A DNA stretch of 64,000 bases from Convolutriloba macropyga (lineage: Eukaryota): NCBI RefSeq assembly GCF_964194025.1, contig NC_134468.1, positions 15,996,001 to 16,060,000 on the forward strand. The letters are read 5' to 3'. The notes under the pieces are model-generated. The model saw only the letters and a program-made list of their open reading frames with translations. It was not told the origin of the DNA and searched no databases. Both the position numbers and the translations under genes were made by a program. Shown here piece after piece: positions 51,048-64,000 of this stretch; position 1 is the first letter of the stretch; each line of letters opens with the position of its first letter.

Positions 51048-54000
51048 ACTCTCAATTCGAGGATTAAAGTACAAATAAACACATGAACGTTCAATAAAGT
51101 TATCTAAAAGACATTAATGACAAGTCTTCACCAGTTAATCCTGTTGATTCTGCGGTTCGATCTTGTTTGAGGCCGTTTTGGAAAGCCGAACAGAGAGAGT
51201 GATCTTTAAACACAATTCCAGCACAGTAAGTAAAAAACGATACTATACTAAATAATTCGCAAAATTGTTACGAGTTTAAATGCTATTTTGGTTGAAAAAC
51301 ACAACACAAACCCGTTTGGTAGAACTTTTATTACCGGAAAAAATATTGCAGTTTTAAATGAACCAAGCTATAATTCTATTTTTAAGCAAGAAAATTTCCC
51401 AGAAACATTTGCTCTATATAAGGCGCCAAAGCCAAGAAGCACCGCAATAGAGCAATATTAAAACTACATTGAAATTAAAGGCAAATTAATTAAAAGTAGA
51501 GTAGAGAATTAATCGGTTTCATTGCCTTATTTTAAAATTTTTATTCTCATTAAACTCTTTCAATGAAACTCCAAACGAAACTCAACTTTTTTTCTTTACT
51601 ACAGTACTTCAACAGCAAACAAACGAGCTTGAAGCAAAAGAGTATGAACATTGAATTTAATTCCATTTTTCAGCAAACATCGAAGATTCCTTTTTGTAAA
51701 TATTGAAGTTCCTAAAATATCAATAAAAACAACTACAAATCACTTCAAATAGAGGAAGAAATTTTCCGATAAAACCTTTATCAAGTTTAAAAAACGTTAA
51801 CTTAAGATTACTCTATACCAATAAACTAAAAATGACAAAAAAACCGTTAAAAATGCACCATTTTGGACAAAAAAGAGCCTAAGAATGTCCTGTTCACCTT
51901 AAATTCAGGCCCACCCTCTTAGCAAGCTCATCACTCTAAGCACTTGAAAGACCAAAAAGCCAGATAAGAGCCTCTAATGAAACTCAATGCCCACTGGGCC
52001 TCAACTTTTTATCCCGTTTCTAAAGCTCAGTAATGGAAAACATTTTACCAACAAAACAGCACTATACAAACCAATTCTTATAATAAGAAGGTGAAAAAAA
52101 CCAGGAAGCTTAGGCATTTTTTAAAATTTAGTTATTTTCTGGAAAAAATGGTGCTCAAATGAAAAAAGCTACCGGCTTAAACCTAAAACCCTTCCATAGC
52201 TTCAACTATGCCTCACTAAAAATTAAAATCTCACTAAAAATACAAGTTTTACGAAATCAAAAGTGTCATGAACATAACAACACCAGCTCAAACTCAAGAA
52301 AACTAAATGGATTAAGTTATGACAATACAGTTAATTGAAGCAACCCCCTCCCCCCCCCCCAATATCAAGACAAAATACGAAGACTGCAAAAATAACATAT
52401 GACGCAAGACTTCAAAAAAACAACCACAAATGTGCGCGAATCCGAAAACGCTCACTAATGTTTGATTTCACGAAAACAAATGGGACTAAGATTAAGAAAA
52501 GCAAAGCATTGAGAGTAAATTAATTTACGCCTCCTTAGAAATCCGATGAGGCCATATATCAGTAAAAATAAATGATTCAATCGAGCCAAAGACGTTAAAC
52601 TCAGTTGAAACATGAACAGTTGCAAAAATTCACGTCTAAGATGCTTTCTCAGTTTCTAATGGCATTCATAAAAAATTAAGCAGAAAAGAAGAGAAGTCGA
52701 ATTGACTCAAAGTCAATCATTCTCTCAAAATCCGAAAATTAGTTCAAGACCCAATTTCTCATTTTACAGGCAGTTTGAAAAACAAATCACGCCTCAAAAC
52801 CACTCCATTTTCTTTTCCTGGCCTGCGTTGTCTTAACTTAGATCACAACTTCTATTTGAATCCCCCTTGATATCAAAAAATGGGAAGTGTTTGAGCACAT
52901 CGATTGAAAACACAGCGGCTCAATACCATCCCCATCCTCTGAAAATTGAACACCAAACTACTTCTCGGCTACTGCCTTTGAAAAAACTATATAAAAATCA
53001 ATAGTAATCATGTTAGACAAAACGGATAGAATTTTCACATTTTTTACATTTTCAATTTATCAATATCATATTCAACAATTTTTTGCTGTTACTGTTAAAT
53101 CATGTTTCCTCTATACTGGAGAAATAACTCAAAGATTTTCCATATTCCCTTTTTTGATATTTCCCAAAAAGTTAAGAAAAGCATTGACAGTAACTTAAAA
53201 CCTTTAAATTAAATTATGCCTCATTAGAAATCCGATTAAGTCATATATCAGTCAAAATAAGTGATTGAATTGTGCTAAAAAGACGTTAATTAAACCCAGT
53301 TGAAACATGAACAGTTGCAAAAACTCACGTCCAAGACGCCTTGTCAGTTTCTAATGGCATTCATAAAAAATTAAGCAGAAAAGAAGAGAAGTCGAATTGA
53401 CTCAAAGTCAATCATTCTCTCAAAAACCGGAAATTAGTTCAAGACCCAATTTCTCATTTTACAGGCAGTTGGAAAACTAAATCACGCCTTAAAACTACAC
53501 GCTTTTCTTTTCCTGGTCTATATTGTCTTAACTTAGATCACAACTTCTATTTGAATCCCCTTGATATCAAAAATTGGGAAGTGTTTGAGCACATCGAATG
53601 AACAGCGGCTCAAAACCATCCCCGACTTCTGAACATTGAATACCAAACCATTTCTCGGCTACAGTCTATATAACTTTATAAAATTAATCGTTATCATGTT
53701 AGACAAAAAGGATAGACTTTTGAAATTTATAATTTTCTACACTTTCAATTTATCAACCCCATATTTAACAAATTTTATACTGGAGAAGTAACTCAAAGAC
53801 TTTCCACACTCCTTTTTGATTTTTCCCAAAAAAATTCTTTCCGCAACTGCACTTCGTTTAATTCCTCTGTAATTAATTTTGAAAAATGTTTCGTTTAATA
53901 TATTTCAAACAAAAAAGAAATAGAGAAGCTTGATCTCAACGTTGGTAATAGATAGGGTATAAAACAACCAGCAAAACAGTTCCTTTTAGTTCTTTGTCTT

Positions 54001-55535
54001 TCCTTTAATCTTTCAATTTAGTTTAAAAAAATTGCTTTTTAGGTTTTCAAATAGCAAATGCACCTTGTATCCGAAATAAGTTAGTTATTTTTCAAAAAAA
54101 GTGCATAATAATCTGACATATCTAAATAGCTTATACATTATAAGGCATTTTTGAAACATTTATTCGAACGATTTCGTTTTCCGCTTATGCACCACCGAAT
54201 GATCGATATGATCAACCCCTCTTTTGCGAGACATTAACTGGTTCAACACTTCGCCCTTCTCGTTATCCATCGCAACATAAGATTTGAAGAGAACAATACC
54301 ATGCACCAAAGATGTTTCAGTGTGATTAATAGCGTGAAGCAAGGACTCATTGCACTGATTGATAACCGATTCTTCAACGGACAACTCGATTCTGATTTCC
54401 GATGTCATGACCAATCAATAAACAAAGATTACCAACAACTTGAAAAAAAACCACATTCAGTCAACTTGTGAAATACACTTCAAAATGAAGACCATTGAGC
54501 CTACTATTCAGACACCACAACTAATTTTGACAACGCAGATCGATCATCAACCCCCTTTTACCTCCAACTACTTCCACCGACCTCCACCGCTTCCACCCGA
54601 AAGATGTAAATGCACCAACATATTGTATAGTTGAAGCTATAATAGCTTTTGAGGGTATCGCCATTCTATAGTTCTCATGCATGTGATCGAGTTATTCAAA
54701 ACGTTCATAAATTTCTATGTTCTTTGTACTATCAGTCTGATAATAAGAGAAATAAGAAACAATCTGCGCAGTGTTGGAAAATAACGTGAGAAGATTAGGG
54801 ACATGCTGAGATGTTTCTTAATGGAGTCCGGGCAGACTGACTAAAGTTTCTATTTGTCTGGTACAGTAATTGTTACTATTGAAAGTCAATGGTACAGCGC
54901 TGAAACGCAATGTGACCAAAGTCCGAGTAAGGAATTTGACAAAAACTTCGATTACAAACTCTCAATGCAAGGATTAAAGTACAAGAAAACAGACATTCAA
55001 TAAAGTCTTCACCAGGTAATCTTGTTGATTCTGCGGTTCAATCTTGTTTGAGGCCGTTTTGGAAGCTGAACGGAGAGAGTGATAGTTAAACACAATTCCA
55101 GCACAGTTAGTAACAAACGATACTATACCAAATAATTCGCCAAAAACTGTTACGTGATGAAATAATATTTTGGTTGAAAAACACCAAACAAACCCGTTTG
55201 GTAGAACTTTAATTACCGGAAAAAATATTGCAGTTTTAAATGAACCGAGCCATAATTCGACTCTTTATTTTTATGCAAGTAATTTTCCCCAGAAACATTT
55301 GCTCTATATAATGCACAAAGCAAAGAGGCACCGCAATAGAGCAATATTAAAACTACATTGAAATTAAAGGCAAATTAATTGTAAGTAGAGCTGAGAATTT
55401 ATCGGTTTTGTTGCCTTATATTTTTCAGCAAATATCGAAGTTTCCTTTTTAAATATTGAAGTTCCTAAAATATCAATAGAACAACTACAAATTACTTCAA
55501 ATAGGATTGAAGAAAATTTCCGATAATAAAACCCA
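51048..55535. repeat. Duplicated block: 51048-51775 resembles 54958-55535
   Basis: Long near-identical runs such as gttgattctgcggttc...gaggccgttttgga and caccgcaatagagcaatattaaaactacattg. Confidence 0.88.
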
Positions 55536-58500
55536 ATTAAAATCTACTTGAGTTCTATTCATATCATAAAACCAGCTTGCAAACGAAACTTTAATATTTT
55601 CTTTTTCAATGCAACTGAAATCAAACAACCGAACTTTTTTTGAAGTTTAAACCAAAAACGGGGAAAACTACTGAGTTTAATGTCCGTTTTTCTGTTTTCA
55701 AGAAAATTTTGGAACCCGTGTTTTTGTAATTTGACAAATCTAACGCTTATGAAATCTATGCTGTCTTACAAAAAATAAACTCTTAAAACGTTGAAAAAAA
55801 AACAGCTTCGAAGTAAGATACAGTTTTTAGTATGGCCTCGTCATTTTGGATTTTTTTTCAGTTTAATAAATCACTTTTGAGGTTCAAATATTGCCTTAAA
55901 ATTAGATAGAGAGTAGATGGCCAAAAAGGCGGATGAATTTGCTCTACCACATAGGAACATAAAGAGGCAGCCAACAAAATGATACAAAGTGACCGTCTAT
56001 TCGTTTTTCTCAAAAAGTTTTCTCAATTTCAACACTGAATTCTCTATGCAATTAAAAATTTAATCGTGTTGAAATTTTAATCAATTTTAATAAAATTAAA
56101 AGTTAAAAATTTAATCAATAAAATTTTAATCAAGATGGCGAGAAAAACCGCGGTTGACTTTACTCTACCACATAGCAACATAAAGAGGCAGCCAAAAAAC
56201 GGTAAAAAGTGACCGTCTATGTTTTTCTCAAGAAGTTTTCTTCACCAATGTCAACACTGAGTTCTCTATGGAATTTAAAACTTTAATCAATTGCGCTCAG
56301 ATGACCTGCGCATATTTTTCTAATGACAAGTGTAAATTCATTTAGAGAAAGCACAATTCATTTGTTGAGCAAGATAGGTCGTGCATGGTCAGAAATCTTA
56401 CCAAATCATTGAACTAAACATCAAACTAAGTATAGAGGAGTGAAATCACGCTCAAAAATTCATAAGCTGAGCGATAGACGCCGCGACATAGCAAGAAATG
56501 ACCTGAATTACAATCCAACGACTTCAGCAGATTAAGTTTACTACAAATAAAATTAGACCTTAAAAAAATTAATAAATGCATCAATTCCTTGACAGATATC
56601 AAATGAAAATAGAAACCTACAAAAAATAAAAATAGCCGGAAGAACACAAAAAATGGCAAAAAAATCCAAACCACTTTTCTTCAAGAACTCGGTGTCGAAG
56701 TCGTCCTGACCAATAAAAACTAATGAAAACCATTTGCACTTTTTATAGCTAGAAATAATAAAACGGCTTTTTGAAAAACCAAGGAAATCCAAAGATAAGA
56801 AAAAAAATTAGATATTGAAAAGTTTCTGACAAAACGGCTGCCTTTAGTAATAATATCAGGTTAATTTACGAAAAAAAAAATCCACGTAAAAATGTTACAA
56901 TTGGAAAACTGAATTAATTATAATGAAACTTTCAAAAAATTTAGAACATAGCCGGAAGATTGTCGGAAAAGAGCAACCATTGACCTCACCGACCGCCTTT
57001 GAGATTCAAACACTAAGAAAAAAGAGAAAAAATTACGAAAGTCCAACATTTTTTCTAAGTGTCAAAATGATCTAATTTTTTCTTGCAGTTTCCTTAGACT
57101 CAATAAATATGGTTAATTCAGGCTCCAGATTGGAGAACAAGCAAATTAATACAAATACCGGTTAGCAGTTCACTTTAAAAAAACACTAATAACTTAACGC
57201 GCTAAGTATTTAAACATGGAGACTTAGTGACCGGGGTTTATTGGTTTATCCTGACTTTTTGATTCCGCTTTTTGGCTATGAACGTTTTCAAACAAATTTG
57301 CTGGGAATTCTAAATTCTATTCAGTTGAAACAGTTAGTGTGTGAGGTAGGTCAGAAGTCCAACGCGGAAGTCACGACTTACAAAAATTTGATCGAAAGGT
57401 AAAAACGAATTTAAAAACATAGGCGGACAAGTCCTGAAATAATCCAAGAATTTGTGTCAAGCGTGGGGTTGAGGGGGGTAGGGTCGGGAGATCTGCATGA
57501 GAGGGGGCACAAATTGCCAGCTGGAGGGTACGGGGGACAGTTGGGGTGGGGGTGTTGACTCAAAGAGGTCAAACTTTAAGATTAAGAACCGCCCTTCACC
57601 ATGAAAATGTCACCTCAAAACAGTTTTGGTGAATCACACTTAGTTAGGATATTTTTGAAGAGAGCCGCTCAGCCACGTATTCCCCTCAGGTCTTTACCTA
57701 TTAATCTCGTTTTTGAGGATGAAAAGTTAAAAGGGTCACACAAACAATCAGTCAAGCGAAAAGTCGCACAAAGACCACAGGACTAATATAACTGCTAAAC
57801 TTCGTTCGAGAGCAATTTATAATAAAATTAAAAGTGTACATAATTTTATGATCATCATGTCGAAAGCCAAGGGCTCTGTTAAAAAATGTAAAAAATCAAA
57901 AAAAAAAAATTGGGAAGTAGTGAAAACTTGCTAGATATACACGAGGCAATCAGGGGCAGGAAAAAAGACGAACAAAAAAACTACAAATTAAAAAAATGAG
58001 ATTTCTCGTAACAGTTATTTTCATACCGTAACTGTAATGTTCAAATTTTAGCAAAAACAACACCAAGCTCAAACAATATATTTGGCGAACTGAACTCCGA
58101 AAACTGAAAATGACAAAAAACAATCCAAAATCTTAGAAAAACGGAACTCATCGCAAAACTAAGTAATTTCGAATTTGCCTGTCTTCAAAACATTTTTTCT
58201 TGCTCTACAGAATAAAACATCTACAGAATAAATAATTGCAGGCTAACAGAAATTAGGCTGACCTAAAAGCGACAACAAGAAGCAAGAACTAGTAGGAACA
58301 AAAACAAATAATACAGAAATAATAGAAAAACTAAAGATACGTTCTTGACGATGATGTCCTCACAATGATCTTATAAAAAAGTCCTTAAGGATCTTGATAT
58401 TATTATCTTAGAAACCAATTTGTTAACACTATGAACTAACCAGTTACCCATCCTCAAGAACTGAAAAGCTTCATAGGCCACTAAAGATAAAAAACTCAAA

Positions 58501-60850
58501 ATGACTATATTTTTAAAAATCAAAATAGCAAATTTTACTAAAACGTCTCTCAAATTCGAAATATTAATATCTTGAAACCTGTTTTATTGCCACTAGAAAC
58601 TATCCAATAACGTTATTTCAGACCCTAGGGAATTGTCACAAACCCCTGAAGATTCAAAACTCGGAAAACAGCAAAAATTGGCAACAAATTCGAAAAAAAA
58701 ATTGTAAATCTTAATGACAAGTCTCCAAAATTCACGATATCTATATCCCTAAAACCAATTCTTTATATCTTGAAAATATCCAGTCGTAGTCGTCAGTATT
58801 AAAAGTCCTTACTATCCAGTATAAAAGTCCTAAAATTCTTTTACTTGCTCCTAAAAGTCGAAAAACGCAAAAAATAACAAACTTGAAAGAAATTGTAAAA
58901 AACAGTATCATTTCGCGTGCTTAAGTTTGATATACTGAAACACATAACTCGCAAAAGAAAATGTCTTCCAAAAGACCTTTATCAAATTTAAAAAAAAACT
59001 TCAACTTATGAATACTCTATACCAAGAAACTAAAAAATGACAAAACCGTAAAAAATTGCACCACTTTGGGCAAAAAAGCGCCTAACAATGACGTGTTCAC
59101 CTTAAATTTAGGCCTTCTCAGCAGCTTCATCAATCCAAGCACTTGAAAGACCACTAAAGCCAGATAAGAACCTTTCATGAAACTCAATGCCCGCTGGGCG
59201 TCACCTGTTTATCGCGTTTTGAAAGCTCAAAGTCATAGAAAACATTTTACCAACAAAACATAGCGCTACACAACCCAATTCTTATACTAAAATCGTGAAA
59301 AAAACCAGAAACTTAGGCATTATATTGAAATCCAGTTAAATCAGGCCCACCCTCTTAGCAAGCTCATCACTCTAAGCACTTGAAAGACTAAAAAGCCAGA
59401 TAAGAGCCTCTAATGAAACTCAACTTTTTATCCCGTTTCTAAAGCTCAGTCATGGAAAACATTTTAGCAACAAAACAGAGCGCTTTACAAACCAATTCTT
59501 ATAATAAGGTGAAAAAAAACCGGGAAACTTAGGCATTTTTTAAAATTTAGTTATTTTCTGGCAAGGAAATGGGGCTTAAATGAAAAAAGCTATCGGCTTA
59601 AACCCAAAACCCTTCCATAGCTTCAACTATGCCTCACTAAAAATTAAAATCTCACTAAAAATACAAGTTTTACGAAATCAAAAGTGTCATGAACATAACA
59701 ATACCAGCTCAAACTCAAGAAAACTAAAGAGATTAGGTTATGACGCCACAGTAAATTGAAGCAACACACCCCCACTCCCTAATATCGAAACAAAGTACGA
59801 AGACTACAAAGATAACATATGACGCAAGACTACAAAAAACTACCACAATTGTGCGCCAAACTTAAAACGCTTTAAAATGTTTTAAATTTCGAAAACAAAT
59901 GGGAATTAAATTAAGAAAAAAAGCATTGACAGTAACTTAAAACCTTTAAATAAATTAATTTATGCCTTATTAGAAATCTATTAAGTGATATATCAGTAAA
60001 AATAAGTGATTGAATTGTGCCAAAGACGTTAAACCCAGTTGAAACATGAACAGTTGCAAAAATTCACGTCCAAGACGCCTTGTCAGTTTCTAATGGCATT
60101 CATAAAAAATTAAGCAAATAAGAGAAGTCGAATTGACTCAAAGTCAATCATTCTCTCAAAAACCGGAAATTAGTTCAAGACCCAATTTCACATTTTACAG
60201 GCAGTTGGAAAAATAAATCACGCCTTAAAACTACACGCTTTTCTTTTCCTGGCCTACATTGTCTTAACTTAGATCGCAACTTCTATTTGAATCCCCTTGA
60301 TATCAAAAATTGGGAAGTGTTTGAGCACATCGTATGAACACAGCGGCTCAAAACCATCCCCAACTTCTGAACATTGAATACCAAACCATTTCTCGGCTAC
60401 AGTCTATAAAAAATAATCGTAATCATGTTAGACAAAAAGGATAGAATTTTGACAATTTTTTACATTTTCAATTTATCAATCTCATATTCAACAATTTTTT
60501 GCTGTTTCTGTTAAATCATGTTTCCTCTACCGCACTTCGCTTAATTCCTTTGTTTAAATTATTTCGAACTAAAAAAATTTGTTTAATATATTTCAAACAA
60601 AAAAGAAATAGAGAAGCTTGATCTCAACGTGGGTTTTGGATACGGTATAAAGCAACAAAAAAAATCCTTTTGAGTTTGTTGTCTTTCTTTTAATTTTTCG
60701 TTTTGGTTAAATAAAATGATTTTTAGGTTTTCAAATAGCAAATTCACCTTGTACCTGAAATAAGTTAGAGTTGTTTTTAAAAACCAAACTGCATAATAAT
60801 CTGATACAGTTAAAAAGCTAATATATTATAAGGCACTTATGAAACATTTT
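51773..60850. repeat. Duplicated block: 51773-54160 resembles 58972-60850, each with its own internal tandem repeat
   Basis: A ~680-bp unit occurs at 52520, 53200 and 59950; the gcacttgaaagac...aaagccagataag unit occurs at ~51940, ~59140 and ~59375. Confidence 0.88.
55915..56290. repeat. Tandem ~220-bp duplication
   Basis: ctctaccacatag.aacataaagaggcagccaa...aaagtgaccgtctat occurs twice. Confidence 0.8.
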
Positions 60851-61279
60851 TTATGCATTCAGAGAAACATTACAATCTTTATTTAGCTCTTAAGTTAGTT
60901 TCTTGGATTTTAATATCGGCTCTCTTTCAATGTTCTTAGCAATTAAAAAAGGAACATGCAAATTCCTAAAATGATATATAAAATTCATCATGCAGGTAGT
61001 GTATGTAATAAATAAATAAACAGAAAAAGTTATTTTTGAATTGTGAACACCGAAAAATTGAAATGATAGACAGATAGATAGATTAGTATATAGATAGGTA
61101 GGAACAGCACACATAATGAACTAAATTTAAATTCACGCAACGTTAATTGGCCAAACTGAATTTGGCCTGCGTCCTTCTTGAATTTTACTAAAAAGTCATT
61201 TTTGTATATTTTTTTGGCAGCTAAGGAAGATTTGGACAAGGTTTCATTCGCCCTCAAAATTTCATAATGACATCTTACA

Positions 61280-62400
61280 CCACTATTGATCAGCCCCTGT
61301 TCAATGCGTTTAGTTCTAGCAATGATTTTATTTGCTAATTTTTTCGTCCGATTGTGAAAATAAAAGTTGGCCGTTGGTATTGGAATGCCAGAAGTATTTC
61401 TTAATGCTTGCTTTTTATAACTAAAAATTTGTCTAGTCTATAGTGCAACCCTGTATTCTATTAACATTCGAACAGGTAATATGGTACTGATCAGCTTAAG
61501 ATCGTGAGATGAATCAAACTTTCTACGATTCTACCAAGCTTTGACTGCCCAGTTTAATTGTTTTTTCGAGAGTTGTTATCAGATTCTGAGATAATGAGCA
61601 TAGAACTACTGCTGGATATTGCAGGTGACTTATAACAAAAGAGTTAATCAGTGTTTTTTTTGAAGCTTTCAGGAACGCAGTTCCGTAATGTATAGACTGA
61701 TTTTATGCCTTCTGTCAAGCATCGTAAAATATTTTTTACCTCGGATTGAAAGGTGAGTTTTTTATCAATATTAGCCCCAAAATATTTTACTTCCGTTTTT
61801 TCTTTAACCTTTTGTCCATCAATTGTAACTGACATATCTTTAGATTCCGTGGAGCCAAATAAAATGAAATCCGTTGTGTCAGCATTGAGCTTAAGAGAAT
61901 TGCAATCAAAGTAATCAACCAATTTTTTTACATCCTTTCGAAGAATTTCTGGGCTATCTTGAGCTTTTTTTCGGAGAAAATGACTGTGTATTGAACTATA
62001 TTAAAGGCTATTTTGAATTGCAGGTCGTTATCGTACATATTGAATAAAAGGGGCCCGAGAACAGTACCTTGCTGAAGCCTTCTGATTTATTTAAACCAGT
62101 CAAATTTTATATACCAGATCGTCTATCGTGGAATAATTTTTCCTGAACCCAAATGGCGTTTTGCTGTAGATATTGGCTTTGTGAGGATATTCTTTCTTCA
62201 ATTTTCTTTTTAAGTAGTTTTTCAAAACGCGTGTTAAAGAGATTGGTCTATAGTTTAATGGATTGTCAGTATCACCTTTTCTAAATAGCGGAGTGATGTG
62301 AGCAAATTTTAGTAGAGAGTGATGTGAGGGGATACAATTCTTGGGGTCACAATTCTAACTAATCGAATCCTAAAAAATATTTTAAATAGTTTTTGACAGT
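61280..62400 (-). pseudogene. LINE (CR1/L2-type) reverse transcriptase remnant
   Basis: ITPLFRKGDTDNPLNYRPISLT, QGTVLGPLLFNMYDNDL, NSLKLNADTT, VKYFGANIDKKLTF; interrupted by deletions and frameshifts. Confidence 0.88.
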
Positions 62401-63579
62401 CCATTCATTGCCTTGAGTTTGAGCATAGCCAGTTGATTGTAAAAACTAAGATCAAATCAAACAAAAAACATTTTACAAACAACCGAGTTATTCGCGAACT
62501 TTTCAAAAAGTTTTGATGAATTCTGAAATCTACGCCAAAATTTTATTCGGACAACTTGTGAAAAATATCTATTCAATTAATAGTGATTTAGTCGGATATG
62601 TGAATCCAACAAAGTTTTTCTTTTCCTTTTTCCATTGGAATTTTAAAAAATTTTCCATTCTGAAGTTATTTCCATTCTCATGAATTTCATCAAAAATTTG
62701 TAGAAATTTGTAAAAAAAACTTTGTAGAAATTTCTAGTTTCTTTGATTTCAAATGAAGACTTGGACAAACATGAACAATAAGACATCAGCATAGTAAGGA
62801 GGCCTACACACAGGCAAAAGGGTAATTCTCCTTTTCTCAGCTTATCAGTTATTTTTTAATTGAATCTCATTGTTTTTTGAAATTCAACTTAAAACTGGGG
62901 CAGCCTTTTCTGGATGATACTATGCGGATGATAACCTGAAAAATTAACAAGTCGTGAACTCAACAAGTCGCTTGCTAGTCTTGTTGCGTAAGTATATTTA
63001 TCCTCAAGACTTATAGTTATTCTCATAGGTATAACAATATGCGCTGCAGAAGTTTTAGGCTCGGAAAAAGACTTTAGGCTTTTTCTGAAAAAACTCCAAC
63101 AAAGACGCAAATTCAAATCTGTAAACCTTGTGACGTCCAGTGCCAAAAAATTCAGTTCACAAGTTTTCGTCATAGAGGCTCAGCATACAATACACTAATG
63201 GTGGCCTTAAGGGTTTTTCGTATAAAAGAGGCACGGGCCATTTTCATTCCTATAAAATACGAGTGTGTAATAAAATTTACGAACCAGTTAAGTCTTTCTA
63301 GTAATAGGATTTGATGGAAGAAATGATCGCACAAAAATTTGAGCACAAATGGGCACATTTTTGATACAGAAACTTTGATATGCGATTGACGAGTTTTAAG
63401 GAACATTGCAAATTGAATCTGGAAACAAAGCACTATGTGATAAAGATAACACGAAGCCAATCGAAACAATCAAACTTTTAAAATGACTGAAAAAGCAAAA
63501 TGTTATAACTCAATTGGACATTTGAAAAACAACACCCGTACCGAACCCCCAGAGCCCATCAGGACTGATTCAGAGATTT

Positions 63580-63915
63580 TCCGGAGGCCAAGTCTCGGCA
63601 GAGAGATGCCAATACTTGGGTAGCGGAGCCAAGACTTGAGACATCTCTGGGCAGAGAGAGGCCAAGACTTGGGTTTTACTGGGCAGCGCAGAACCCAAGT
63701 CTTGGGTTTCTCTGAGCAAAGTTAAGGTTGACATCATGAAGATCTGATGTTTTAAATTTAATGAGGGCAACTTTTTTTATATAAATTTGGCGCCCAATTA
63801 CACGTTTTCTGTCAAAAAAATCATTTGCAGGTGAAATTCGTGAACTTCACCCCACGACTTGGGGCTTCTCTGGGCAGAGAAAATCCAAGACTTGGGTTTC
63901 TCTGCCAAGTCTTAG
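63580..63915. repeat. Cluster of ccaagacttggg subrepeats in both orientations, probably a non-autonomous DNA element
   Basis: At least 7 copies of ccaag(a/t)cttgg and repeated ctctgggcagaga; termini not resolved. Confidence 0.5.
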
Positions 63916-64000
63916 AATCGGTATCTTCTCTTGACGTTCACTAATTTACAAAATATCCCTAAGATAGAAGTAAAAACTGAGTGTTTCATTTCCAAATAGG

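Noticed and set aside
54160-54634. Short ORFs in a slightly GC-richer patch
   Set aside because: No recognisable domain and no convincing splice sites.

Overview
This is AT-rich, intron-containing DNA from an invertebrate animal, with two host genes in a field of transposons. (1) A complete 4-exon Ctr/SLC31 copper transporter lies on the minus strand (7613->1065, 160 aa). Its last intron holds an internally deleted Mutator element with a 9-bp TSD. About 6.3 kb upstream sits a duplicate of its upstream region plus first exon, still in frame but missing several copper ligands. (2) A GATAD2/p66 NuRD subunit gene lies on the minus strand (50597->39406, about 664 aa). Its large intron hosts a same-strand, catalytically dead Crypton-derived DUF3504 coding sequence. 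That sequence is split into two halves by a 5.2-kb interval bounded by a short inverted repeat and ends in about 11 acidic 9-aa repeats. Between the genes are three generations of one Ty3/gypsy lineage: a decayed tandem element (15.0-21.4 kb), a full-length older element (25626-36266, TSD CACAA), and a younger integrase-less relative nested inside it in the opposite orientation (31430-35343, TSD CACCC). In this lineage the gag start codon is formed by the last LTR base plus the first two bases of the tRNA-Ser primer-binding site. LINE remnants, MITEs and local duplications fill the rest. All gene models and alignments were made by eye; no database searches were run.
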